A stretch of 38,593 nt of DNA from Cocleimonas sp. (GTDB lineage Bacteria; Pseudomonadota; Gammaproteobacteria; Thiotrichales; Thiotrichaceae), in NCBI GenBank assembly GCA_023145535.1, contig JAGLDQ010000022.1, positions 1 through 38,593 on the forward strand, given 5' to 3'. The notes under the pieces are model-generated. The model made no database searches, had not been told where the DNA came from, and saw nothing but the letters and a program-made list of their open reading frames with translations. The first letter of the stretch is position 1; each line of letters begins with the position of its first letter. This document shows positions 1-9,052 of the stretch, in pieces. The position numbers and the translations under genes are program-made.

Positions 1-855
1 TGTGCTCCTTGTCGTGCTAGTACGACTTATTCCACGAATACTGCCACCAGTAAATATAACCAGAAGTGGTATATAGATCGTTGGAATAGAGGGCAAAATA
101 AAAGAACGTATACCCCACCGCCTAAACCCTATACGCCCGTTAAGAAAACCACTTATAGTGCAGGTGGACATAATCAACAATGGTATGTAGATCGTTGGAA
201 CAGACAACAAAGATCACAACAAAATAAGCCTAGATATACACCACCTAAAAAGACATATACAGGCTATGGGGGTGCAAAGTCTTATACGCCGCCTAAACCC
301 GTGTATACACCCAAGCCTTATACGCCACCTAGACCTGTGTATACACCAAAACCTTATACACCGCCTAAACCCGTCTATACGCCTCCTAAGAAGCCTACAA
401 ATTATTATGATTATAGTAAGTCGGCGGGTAGTTACTCAACATCCAATAAGAAAATCTATTCAGGGGCAAGTAATTCTGCATCCAATAAGAGCCTTTATAC
501 GGGCGCTAGTCGTAGCACTAACAATACAGCATCGAATAAGAGCATTTATACGGGTAGCTATAGTAATAACACCTATAAGCCTTATGAGCCAAAAACCTAT
601 ACAGGGGGGGCTAATAGCAATGTTTATTCTGGATCATCTTCGTCTAGTAATAGTTCATACAGTAGTTCGCATGGGGGAGGTGAAGTTGCATCGGGTAGCT
701 ATAAAGCCGGTGATAGTAGTTATGCCGTAAAAAAAGGGGATACTGTCTTCTCTGTTATGCGTTTAACTGGCGTTTATTGGAAAGATATTATTAAGAAGAA
801 TAGCCTTACTGCGCCTTACACTATTTCACCAGGGCAGAGATTACGCCTTAAATAG
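1..855 (+). CDS. LysM-domain peptidoglycan-binding protein, 5' end outside the window, with a Tyr/Pro/Lys/Thr-rich repeat region
   Basis: Frame 1 is open from nt 1 (285 codons, no stop), so the GTG at 301 in the ORF track is internal. The C-terminal ~45 aa (YAVKKGDTVFSVMRLTGVYWKDIIKKNSLTAPYTISPGQRLRL) fits the LysM pattern. Upstream repeats are WY[IV]DRWNR x2, YTPPKPVYTPKP x3 and ASNKS[IL]YTG x3. Confidence 0.7.
   Translation, partial: CAPCRASTTYSTNTATSKYNQKWYIDRWNRGQNKRTYTPPPKPYTPVKKTTYSAGGHNQQWYVDRWNRQQRSQQNKPRYTPPKKTYTGYGGAKSYTPPKPVYTPKPYTPPRPVYTPKPYTPPKPVYTPPKKPTNYYDYSKSAGSYSTSNKKIYSGASNSASNKSLYTGASRSTNNTASNKSIYTGSYSNNTYKPYEPKTYTGGANSNVYSGSSSSSNSSYSSSHGGGEVASGSYKAGDSSYAVKKGDTVFSVMRLTGVYWKDIIKKNSLTAPYTISPGQRLRLK
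283..390 (+). repeat. 36-nt in-frame tandem repeat x3 encoding YTPP(K/R)PVYTP(K/P)(P/K)
   Basis: Units are 283-318, 319-354 and 355-390 (tatacgccgcctaaacccgtgtatacacccaagcct and two close variants). Differences are mostly synonymous third-position changes. Confidence 0.8.
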
Positions 856-882
856 ATTGTGTCGCGTATCGCAATAATGTAA

Positions 883-917
883 AAGCCCCTGAGCGTCATT
901 TTCAGGGGCTTTTTTTA
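883..917 (+). terminator. Rho-independent terminator downstream of the LysM gene
   Basis: Stem agcccctga (883-891) pairs with tcaggggct (902-910) and is followed by a T6 run (911-916), 28 nt after the stop codon. Confidence 0.8.
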
Positions 918-1609
918 TGCACATTCTGTCGGATGAGGGATTTTCATTGAGCAAGCCTAAAACAGAGCAAGACAAACCAAATCAATCAAACTTAGTTACT
1001 TTTTTACTGATTATTATCATGATAGGACTGTTTGTTCTATTAATCGATGAATATGATAAAAAGCCATTGCAAGCCGATGTCTATATTCAAGCAGGGCATG
1101 AAGGGCGACGTGTTGGCAATACAGGTGCTGTATCCAGTTATGGTCGTGAAGTTGACTGGACAATACGCGTTGCCGATGAAGCGACCCGCATTTTACGTCA
1201 GGCTGGTGTTAGCGTTATTCGTGCGCCTGCCGATCAAAAGCGAGAAAGTGTGGTGAGATTAGCCTTGTCCATTCATTTTGATGGTGCAAGAAGAGCGTGT
1301 TCTACAGGGGCTTCAATTGGCTTAAATAACCCTTCTGATAAAAGTGCAGCACGCGCATGGAAACGAATTTATCGAGAAGTCTTTCCCTTTAAGTGGATGC
1401 CCGACAACTTTTCAAAAAACCTAAAGTATTATTATAACTATCGCTATACCTCAACCAGCGATGCTGAATTGGTACTGGAGTTAGGAGAGATGAGTTGCCC
1501 AGAACAAGCGCGCTGGATGAAGTCTCGCTTAAAAAAGTTAGGGGCATTAGTTGCTTATTTTGCCGCACAACGAATAGGGGCTTCTGGCGTAGAGAGACCG
1601 GTGTTTTAA
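917..1609 (+). CDS. Membrane-anchored N-acetylmuramoyl-L-alanine amidase-like protein (Amidase_3-like)
   Basis: One N-terminal TM helix (LVTFLLIIIMIGLFVLLI). Motifs IQAGHEG, SIHFDG and LVLELGEMS resemble the zinc-ligand and catalytic blocks of MurNAc-LAA amidases. Assignment is from motif recall only. Confidence 0.5.
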   Translation: MHILSDEGFSLSKPKTEQDKPNQSNLVTFLLIIIMIGLFVLLIDEYDKKPLQADVYIQAGHEGRRVGNTGAVSSYGREVDWTIRVADEATRILRQAGVSVIRAPADQKRESVVRLALSIHFDGARRACSTGASIGLNNPSDKSAARAWKRIYREVFPFKWMPDNFSKNLKYYYNYRYTSTSDAELVLELGEMSCPEQARWMKSRLKKLGALVAYFAAQRIGASGVERPVF

Positions 1610-1701
1610 AAATGTCCTGCAATCAAAAAACTTTCTTATTCCAGCTCAAATAGAGTAGAAAAAAGAAAGACTAACTTAATGTTCTTATTACTATTTTTAG
1701 G

Positions 1702-2697
1702 TTATATCTTATGCCAAACTCTTTTCTGGTTACTTTCTTTTGAGGATAATTCCTCCCGTATAACATACGATCTGCGTTTGGATGATTCAAAATATATCCG
1801 ACTCAATAACTCTGCCAATATTCCTGTCGTTAGAAACTGAATAGATGCGATCATAAATAATACGGCAATCATTAATAAGGGACGAGAGCCGATGTCTTCT
1901 CCCATGATAAATTTTTGTATACCCAGCCATGTTAAGGATAATGAACCGATTGCGCCTAATGCTAAACCGATTGAACCAAAGAAATGTCCAGGACGAGTGC
2001 GGTAACGCATAAAAAACCAAACAAATAGTAAATCTAGGATCACGCGAAAAGTACGTGAAATACCATATTTGGACTCACCGCTAACGCGCTCTTTATGATT
2101 AACTACCCTTTCGCCAATACGCGATGGAGGCACTGACATGGCCACCCATGCGGGTATAAAACGATGCATCTCCCCATATAAGCGCACATTTTTCATGACG
2201 GAGGCACGGTAAACTTTGAGGCTACAACCGTAATCATGTAAATAAACACCCGTGACCTTTCCTATTAGTTTATTTGCAATTTTAGAGGGTATTTTACGCA
2301 TAATCAGTGTGTCTTTACGCTTTTTACGCCAGCCTTGCAGTAAATCCAACTGACGATCACATAATTCTTTCACCATGTCTGGAATATCGGCGGGATCATT
2401 TTGTAAATCACCATCAAGTGTTACGAGCAAAGAGCCGCGCGCCTTATCAATTCCTGCTTGCATGGCGGCGGTTTGACCATAATTACGTTGTAACTCAATC
2501 ACACAAAGCGAACCCCCTAGCTCTGCCTCACACTCCCGCATGACCTCAACTGTTTTATCGTGACTGCCATCATCAACAACAATCAATTCCCACTCTAATT
2601 CATAGTTTTTTAGAGCCGCATAGACTGCTTCGATCATTGCTCTTACATTCGTTTCTTCATTATAAAATGGCACGATAACGCTAACCGTTTTTTCCAC
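1702..2697 (-). CDS. GT2-family polyprenyl-phosphate glycosyltransferase (GtrB/ArnC/Dpm1-like)
   Basis: N-terminus VSVIVPFYNEE, then VVDDGSHD and LDGDLQNDP (DxD). There are two C-terminal TM helices, as is typical of bactoprenol glycosyltransferases. Confidence 0.8.
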   Translation of the reverse strand: MEKTVSVIVPFYNEETNVRAMIEAVYAALKNYELEWELIVVDDGSHDKTVEVMRECEAELGGSLCVIELQRNYGQTAAMQAGIDKARGSLLVTLDGDLQNDPADIPDMVKELCDRQLDLLQGWRKKRKDTLIMRKIPSKIANKLIGKVTGVYLHDYGCSLKVYRASVMKNVRLYGEMHRFIPAWVAMSVPPSRIGERVVNHKERVSGESKYGISRTFRVILDLLFVWFFMRYRTRPGHFFGSIGLALGAIGSLSLTWLGIQKFIMGEDIGSRPLLMIAVLFMIASIQFLTTGILAELLSRIYFESSKRRSYVIREELSSKESNQKRVWHKI

Positions 2698-3002
2698 AAA
2701 AATATCCTGTTGGTAAAGCTAAAGCCTATCGTCACTTGCACGCTTTAGACTAAAATTAATTAAGGATGCGGAGTATAACGCGCATGATTCATACAGACAA
2801 AGAGTACTCCGTTAAGACTCGTCTTTTTAAAGCTAGCAAGAAATGACTTCCTTTTTTTGGCTTGTTTTGCCTTTAGGCGGGAGGGGGGGTGTCTGAGATT
2901 TTAATTTCGATTATTTGTTGTCATAACACTGTCACCTTGCTGTCGTGTTCTATATGCTAAAAGCAGGGCATTATGATGCTTAAATCACAGTAGGTAAATA
3001 CG

Positions 3003-3467
3003 ATGATCGTTCACAAGTTAAGATTACAACGCGGTTGGTCTCAGGAACAATTAGCGGAATTTAGTGATTTAAGTGTACGCACTATTCAGCGTATTGAAAA
3101 AGGTCAAAAGGCGAGTTTGGAATCATTAAAGTCATTAGCGGCTGTTTTTGAACTTCAAGTTTCAGATTTACAGGAGAGTGAAATGAAGAGTGCGACGAAA
3201 CTATCAATGGAAGAAAAAGCAGCATTTAAGTCGGTACAGAACCTTAAATCTTTCTATTCCCATCTGATCACGTATGTGATCGTTATTATTCTGCTTTTTA
3301 TTGTTAATTTTACAACCAGCGCTGATTATATTTGGGCGGTTTGGCCAGCATTAGGCTGGGGGATTGGGGTTATTTCGCACGGACTGCGTGTGTTTGAGGT
3401 ATTTGACCTGTTGAGTCCTGAGTGGGAAAAAAAACAGATTGAAAAAAAATTAGAGAGAAAAGGGTAA
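3003..3467 (+). CDS. XRE-family HTH protein fused to a C-terminal two-helix membrane domain (2TM-like)
   Basis: LRLQRGWSQEQLAEFSDLSVRTIQRIEKG is a classic XRE helix-turn-helix. The C-terminal half has two hydrophobic helices (ITYVIVIILLFIVNF and WAVWPALGWGIGVISHGL). Confidence 0.7.
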   Translation: MIVHKLRLQRGWSQEQLAEFSDLSVRTIQRIEKGQKASLESLKSLAAVFELQVSDLQESEMKSATKLSMEEKAAFKSVQNLKSFYSHLITYVIVIILLFIVNFTTSADYIWAVWPALGWGIGVISHGLRVFEVFDLLSPEWEKKQIEKKLERKG

Positions 3468-3484
3468 GCTTGCAGGCTAAAATT

Positions 3485-4276
3485 TCATTTTTGTAGGTTT
3501 AAATACGCGATCCATTGAGAGAATAATTCTTTATCAGGAGAAATTGCCACAGAACGCGGTGTCATTGAGGCACGAAAAACAGTTTCACCTTCCAGCGTAC
3601 TGGCATAACCACCCGCTTCACTTAAAATTAAAGTCCCTGCCGCTAAATCCCATAGTTTCATACCGCCATGTAAATAAGCGTGGCCACGATTTGCTGCCAT
3701 CCATGCCCATTCCAATACACATGCGCCAAGATTACGCTGTGACTTATAAGGTGCATTTGTTATGAGTTGTTGTGCTAATTTTGGTTTTAAGCGTTTTAAA
3801 TCAACAATAGCGACCGCTTTATCTAAACTAAAGCCACTGGGCTTGCAGGTTAATCTTGAGCCATTAAGAAATGCCCCTTGGCCTTTAACGGCACTAAACA
3901 TCTCATTACGTACAGGGTCGTAAGTAATGCCAATGACGACCTCGCCATTTTTTATTAGGGCTAAAGATGTCGCAAATAAAGGTAATCCAGCGGCAAAATT
4001 ACTAGTCCCATCCAAAGGGTCTAAACACCACAATTGATTAGCCGATTGCAGCAGTTCTTCTTGTTGTTCAAGCTCCATTTCTTCACTTAAAAAAGAAATC
4101 TCAGGGTAATTTTCCAGTAGGCTTTGTTGAATACGTTGATCAGCAGCTAAATCAGCTTCCGTTAACAAACTGCCATCGGCTTTAATTGAGTACGATATTT
4201 TATTAAAACGCGGTAATATCTCCTCATTTGCAACCTGTCGTATAATATTTTCTAGTATGGTTCGATCGGGAAGCAT
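3485..4276 (-). CDS. Inositol monophosphatase-family phosphatase (SuhB/CysQ-like)
   Basis: The metal-binding signature WCLDPLDGTSNF is present, together with EE upstream and WDLAAG downstream. Length is 263 aa. Confidence 0.85.
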   Translation of the reverse strand: MLPDRTILENIIRQVANEEILPRFNKISYSIKADGSLLTEADLAADQRIQQSLLENYPEISFLSEEMELEQQEELLQSANQLWCLDPLDGTSNFAAGLPLFATSLALIKNGEVVIGITYDPVRNEMFSAVKGQGAFLNGSRLTCKPSGFSLDKAVAIVDLKRLKPKLAQQLITNAPYKSQRNLGACVLEWAWMAANRGHAYLHGGMKLWDLAAGTLILSEAGGYASTLEGETVFRASMTPRSVAISPDKELFSQWIAYLNLQK

Positions 4277-4321
4277 TATTTCCTTCTTTTTTAATATTTA
4301 TACAAACGTAGTTTATAGCAT

Positions 4322-4642
4322 ATGGCCAGTATTTTAGTACTTTTATTCTTAGCCTTTCTCGTATGGTTTTGGTTTGACTCTGTTCGTGCTAAAGAGAAAG
4401 CGATGGTTGCATCGGCTCATGCTTGTCAACAAATTCAAGCGCAGTTTCTTGATCAGACGGCCTCGTTAAAAAGCATTAAATTATCGCGAAGTAAACAAGG
4501 AAGAACGATACTTGAGCGCACTTATAATTTTGATTTTAGTCAAAATCGTGAAGAGCGCTATCAAGGGAGAGTGGTGATCAGAGGCTTAGTGATTGAGGAA
4601 ATTTATTTGGATATGGATGAGGGTACGACTATCCTTAAATAA
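4322..4642 (+). CDS. Small membrane protein, DUF3301-like
   Basis: 106 aa with an N-terminal TM helix followed by FDSVRAKE. The layout matches the DUF3301 family as I recall it. Confidence 0.5.
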   Translation: MASILVLLFLAFLVWFWFDSVRAKEKAMVASAHACQQIQAQFLDQTASLKSIKLSRSKQGRTILERTYNFDFSQNREERYQGRVVIRGLVIEEIYLDMDEGTTILK

Positions 4643-4729
4643 AGGGTAGTCGCACAATGCGTTACAAAAACAGGTCATGCTTCCGATCAAATGAAGGATG
4701 AAATAAAGGTGAGGTCTGCTTTTTCTTCT

Positions 4730-5290
4730 TTAAATGCGTCCAGCACCCACAATTTTACGCTTCCAATATTTATTTAGTTTGGCGATCGTGACTGTTTTTC
4801 CTCGACGTGGCGCATGAATAAATTGATTTTTGCCTAAATAAATCCCTACATGATTGACACGAACGTGTTTGCGACGAGGTGTGTGGAAGAAAATTAGGTC
4901 GCCTGTTTGCATTTGTGCAAGTGGAATACGTTTGGTTTTTTCATATTGTGATGCGGCGGTACGGGGTAGCGATATATTGGCTTTTTTAAAGGAATATTGA
5001 ATTAAGCCACTGCAATCAAACCCCTTTTTAGGGCTTGCGCCGCCCCAACGGTAACGTATTTTCAGTTGTTTTTTAGCGATGATGGCGGCGCGCTGTTTGA
5101 GATGATTTTGCTGGGTTTGTAGTTGTTTAGTCTTTTCGGTGTGATTAAGTACAAGTTGTTGGTATGCCAGCTCTAGCATTGAGGTATCAATTGACTGTAT
5201 TTTTTTGTTTTTTTCTGCGGCTACACTATAGCTTGGAAGGTTAATAAGAACACAAAAAATGGTAGTAAATGTCCAGTTATGACGATGCAT
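4730..5290 (-). CDS. NlpC/P60 (C40) cell-wall endopeptidase, exported
   Basis: Signal peptide present. YRWGGASPKKGFDCSGLIQYSF carries the catalytic Cys and NHVGIYLG...FIHAP the His block. Confidence 0.85.
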   Translation of the reverse strand: MHRHNWTFTTIFCVLINLPSYSVAAEKNKKIQSIDTSMLELAYQQLVLNHTEKTKQLQTQQNHLKQRAAIIAKKQLKIRYRWGGASPKKGFDCSGLIQYSFKKANISLPRTAASQYEKTKRIPLAQMQTGDLIFFHTPRRKHVRVNHVGIYLGKNQFIHAPRRGKTVTIAKLNKYWKRKIVGAGRI

Positions 5291-5609
5291 AGTATTCCTG
5301 TAGGTCGCTCTATTGGGGGAGTCGTATTCTAGCTTAAACTAGCACCAGCATCAAAAAAACTTATGGTGACATATATATTTATATTCTTCATTATTCGATG
5401 ATAAAAATAGAATTGAATGATGAATGACGAAATAGACTCAAAGAATATTTAGAGTTTACTAACATTGAACAATGATGGACAGAGATTTCAAAATTGTCTG
5501 ATAAAGTATCACAAATGAAAAATATAACACCTATGAATAAAGCCTCTGATCTGTTGGTGAAACTTTCAGAAATAGCGTATTTTGCAATAAGATTGCTTCG
5601 AAAGTAGGG

Positions 5610-8600
5610 CTAAAACAACCCTTTAAGTGCATCTTTCAATTTATCCTTCGCTTCCTCTTCAATATTTTTCTTAACCTCTTCGGTCACATTGTCCACCGCA
5701 TCGTTTGCTTGATCCCCCAACGTCTCTTTTACCTTATCATTAAGCTGATTTTGTAATTTATCTTGTTCGTGCTTGAGTCTATCTTGCAAGCGTTGTTGCA
5801 TCTTTAATTGTTCATTTTGCAGACGTTGTTGTATTTTTTCTTGCTCGGCTTTTAGGCGGCGTTGTGCTTCTTCCTTTTTGGCTTGTAGTTTGTCCAGCTC
5901 TTTTTGTTTGCGCGCTTCTAATTGTTCTAATCGTTTGGCTTTTTCATCGAGTAGTTTCTGTTTTAACTGCGCTTGCTTCTTATAAAGATCGCTTTGAAGT
6001 AGCGATTTAACCAAGACATCCAATTCTAATTCATATTTTAATTCATCAAAATTACCATGAATATGGAGTGGGGCAAATAGTTTGCTTTTTTTGTTTTTAG
6101 AACGTAAGCGAAGTTTTAAATCTAACTGGTTTTTAACCAGATTAACCGCTCCTTTTCCTGTAATTAAAAAATTGGGTGCCAATAGCTGCATGTTATCGGT
6201 CGTAAATAGGCCATTATTTGCAACCCAATTGCCCCCAAGTTTAGTAAAAGTAACTTCTTGCTGCCCTTTTGCATTGGTTTTTCTTTTCTCAAATAACTCA
6301 ATGGCTTGTGATACTTTTTTTGCTAATTTTGAATCGCGAATAGTGCCTTTGCGAAACTCCACATCGGCATGGCCATTTAGATTTTTCTTAATCGTAGCCA
6401 GCGTATTACCGCGTGTGGTTAGGTTAGTCTTTAAGTAAATACCCCCTGAGACATAGCGGTCTTCAAAGAATTGTAATAGCAGGTTTTCAGAACGCACTTT
6501 TTTAATCTGATGCTGCATGGTAATGACGGGTATTCTGTTCGTGACATTAATATTCAAAGCACCCGTATAATTTCCCTTATAGGCATTAAAACGTAGTGGC
6601 TTTGCATCAATTATCCCATTTTTTGCTTTAATGTTCGCGTGTACATGAGTGAAATCGACTTGATCAAAGCGTAGTTTTTTAATATCCAGCGAGCCATCAA
6701 AATTAAGGGTTTTCATCATTTTTACAGGCAATAATTTATCCGTTGGCTGACGCTTTTTAGCGACATTAGGATTAACGGGTGCAAGATAGTCATCGACAAC
6801 CCACTGATCTATTTTTAACTGAGTTTTAATGGCAGGTTGTTGGAAATTATTAATGGCGACTTCGCCTGTTATTTTGGATTGATCCATCCGCAGTGTTAAT
6901 TGTCGAAAATGTGCGCTATTTGGAGTCGCAATTAGCTGAAAACTAGCTTGAGAGTTGCCAAAGACATTGGCCTTACTGGTGGGGGGTAATTTAACGCCCA
7001 ATACCGTTAGCACTTTTTTTAAATTAAACGGGTTGGTTTTAAAGATGCCTGTGAGTGTCAACTGGGGGGATAAACGCGTTAATTTTGCACTGCCCGTCAA
7101 GGTTGCACCCGCCATTTCTAGTCGGATATTCTTTAACTGTGCATGACCTTTATAGCGGGTTAAATCAACATCAATATTTCCCTGACTGCGATGAATGAGC
7201 TTCCCACCCGGCACGATGCCCCCATTAAGGGTCGCATTGAGCGTCATACCTTGTAATTTAAAATGCTGTTTTTTGCTATTCGCAATGATATTTTTACTGC
7301 TGAGTTGTGCGTATAAATGACCCCCTGATAATGCCTCACTTTTTACATTTGCTTTGATATTGGCATTGTGCAACGCAAATTGTTGTTGCTTCATATTGGC
7401 CTTTAAATGACCTGCAATAGTCGTGTCTACGTTGCCTATTTTAGGTAAATTATTTGCGCTCGTTGCTAACGTCATTGCGCTAATATCAACCTGCATATCA
7501 TTAAGATTAGCGTGCAGATCGCCTGTTAGGGTGGCGTTTGCCTCGCCCTTATCTCCAAGGAAGCGCGTACTCTTCGCCTTTGCTGCCATACCTTTAATGG
7601 TCAGCAATAATTTATCAATGTCAAAACGCGCATCCCCCTTAATTTCTGTCTGAGTAGCACTCTGATTGGCGGCTACTTTTTGTAAATCTGCCTTTAACGT
7701 CATTCCCGCAATATGCACTTGTTGCAGGTTCATCGTTGTATGACCACTAACCGTTGCTTTAATGAGTGCCACGGGATGAGGGAGATCAGTCAGTGTTGTT
7801 TGTAACTGCATTGCGGGGATGTTAATACTTTGTTGTTCAATATCTAACTGGGTGTCGCCCGCAAGGTCTAACTGTAAATTTCCCTTAGGTAATAAACTTT
7901 TATCCCCTACAAGATGAAGTTTTAAACCCGCAATAGTGAGCTGTTTCAGCGTTCCTTGAATATCACCGGACAAAACGACGCTAGATACGGGTAAACCTGA
8001 TGCGGTCGCTTTTAAGCGAGTGCCTTTTAAGGTCATATACTGATTATTTTGTGAAACGGTCAGCGTGGTTGATACCTCTGTGGTTACGCTTAATGCGGGC
8101 TGTTGTTGTTTTAAAGTGCCATCAAAATGAATATCTATCGGTTGATTCGGACGAAAAACACCGGATCTTAAATTAAAGGGCGCAATCACAATATTCTGCT
8201 GCGTTGTCTCATCGCGCCACTGAATAGCCGCATTGCTAAGGTTCATACCCGCAACGGAGAGGTTGCTTAGCCACTCATTACTGAGCTGATTTTGGTCTTT
8301 GCCACTGTTTGAATGACTAACCCATGAGTCCCAATTACGACGACCATCCGCCTTTTTATGTAAATCAAGCTGTAAACCCTCCAGAATGATTTGCTCAACC
8401 ACCAGTTTTTTCTTTAAGAGTGGCATTAATTTCACAGCAACCCTTGCTGATTTAACGGTAGCAAAAGGAACGTTGCCAAAGCCTTGTGCATTGCTGAGGC
8501 TGGCTGCCCCTAGATTTAATGCGATATTGGGATAGATCGAGAGTTTTATATCGCCCTTTAGATGCAAATCACGCCCTGTATTTTGCTTCACCAGTTGGCT

Positions 8601-8714
8601 AATTTGCGCTTTGTAATGATTGGCATCAAACAGCGCGACAAACACAACAAGTGCAAAGATTGCTATCGCTAAAAGCGAGGATAGTGCGAAAAATAGTTTG
8701 CTTAGTGGTTTCAT
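5610..8714 (-). CDS. AsmA-family outer-membrane biogenesis/lipid-transport-like protein with a long C-terminal charged coiled-coil tail
   Basis: The N-terminal anchor plus FDANHYKAQISQLVKQNTGRDLHLKGDIKLSIYP is typical of the AsmA N-domain. A long beta-rich middle region follows. The last ~130 aa are a K/E/Q-rich heptad-like sequence. Confidence 0.75.
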   Translation of the reverse strand: MKPLSKLFFALSSLLAIAIFALVVFVALFDANHYKAQISQLVKQNTGRDLHLKGDIKLSIYPNIALNLGAASLSNAQGFGNVPFATVKSARVAVKLMPLLKKKLVVEQIILEGLQLDLHKKADGRRNWDSWVSHSNSGKDQNQLSNEWLSNLSVAGMNLSNAAIQWRDETTQQNIVIAPFNLRSGVFRPNQPIDIHFDGTLKQQQPALSVTTEVSTTLTVSQNNQYMTLKGTRLKATASGLPVSSVVLSGDIQGTLKQLTIAGLKLHLVGDKSLLPKGNLQLDLAGDTQLDIEQQSINIPAMQLQTTLTDLPHPVALIKATVSGHTTMNLQQVHIAGMTLKADLQKVAANQSATQTEIKGDARFDIDKLLLTIKGMAAKAKSTRFLGDKGEANATLTGDLHANLNDMQVDISAMTLATSANNLPKIGNVDTTIAGHLKANMKQQQFALHNANIKANVKSEALSGGHLYAQLSSKNIIANSKKQHFKLQGMTLNATLNGGIVPGGKLIHRSQGNIDVDLTRYKGHAQLKNIRLEMAGATLTGSAKLTRLSPQLTLTGIFKTNPFNLKKVLTVLGVKLPPTSKANVFGNSQASFQLIATPNSAHFRQLTLRMDQSKITGEVAINNFQQPAIKTQLKIDQWVVDDYLAPVNPNVAKKRQPTDKLLPVKMMKTLNFDGSLDIKKLRFDQVDFTHVHANIKAKNGIIDAKPLRFNAYKGNYTGALNINVTNRIPVITMQHQIKKVRSENLLLQFFEDRYVSGGIYLKTNLTTRGNTLATIKKNLNGHADVEFRKGTIRDSKLAKKVSQAIELFEKRKTNAKGQQEVTFTKLGGNWVANNGLFTTDNMQLLAPNFLITGKGAVNLVKNQLDLKLRLRSKNKKSKLFAPLHIHGNFDELKYELELDVLVKSLLQSDLYKKQAQLKQKLLDEKAKRLEQLEARKQKELDKLQAKKEEAQRRLKAEQEKIQQRLQNEQLKMQQRLQDRLKHEQDKLQNQLNDKVKETLGDQANDAVDNVTEEVKKNIEEEAKDKLKDALKGLF

Positions 8715-9052
8715 TTTTATATTTTTCCAAGCTTTATTGGAATAAATGCATAAGGGATATTAAATTCCCTAATGGTATTCCCGCTGTAAATTTGGGAACA
8801 AAAAACAATTATCTCGCAAAGAAGCAGCCTACGCCAAGGAAAAAATAAAGGAATATCACTGTGCGTTTAATCTTTTCTCATTAGGGGTTTGGATGGTTGG
8901 ATATTATCCCTTTAGTAATGCCCCTTCATTCAATAGAAAAAAATAATAATGCGCATTAGTTATTATTAATATTATGATGTTATTAGAATAAAAAAGAGGA
9001 ATTTAATCCTGTAAACTATTTTTAAAATGATAAAGGCCCTAGGAAGCAAGAG

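Noticed and set aside
8-18. The 11-mer cttgtcgtgct is shared by the window start (8-18) and the window end (38483-38493), hinting at circularity or att repeats
   Set aside because: Well over a hundred chance 11-mer matches are expected in 38.6 kb. The flanks do not extend the match, and the content is chromosomal housekeeping.
266-730. 154-aa ORF in an alternative plus frame overlapping the LysM-repeat gene
   Set aside because: It is a shadow ORF created by the repetitive, stop-poor coding sequence. Its translation (IR/HP/LI-rich) has no start context. Frame 1 carries the LysM domain and is open from nt 1.
5773-6438. Two plus-strand ORFs (70 and 118 aa) inside asmA
   Set aside because: They are antisense to the K/E/Q coiled-coil coding region, which gives Cys/Ser/Phe-rich nonsense. 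This is a compositional artefact.
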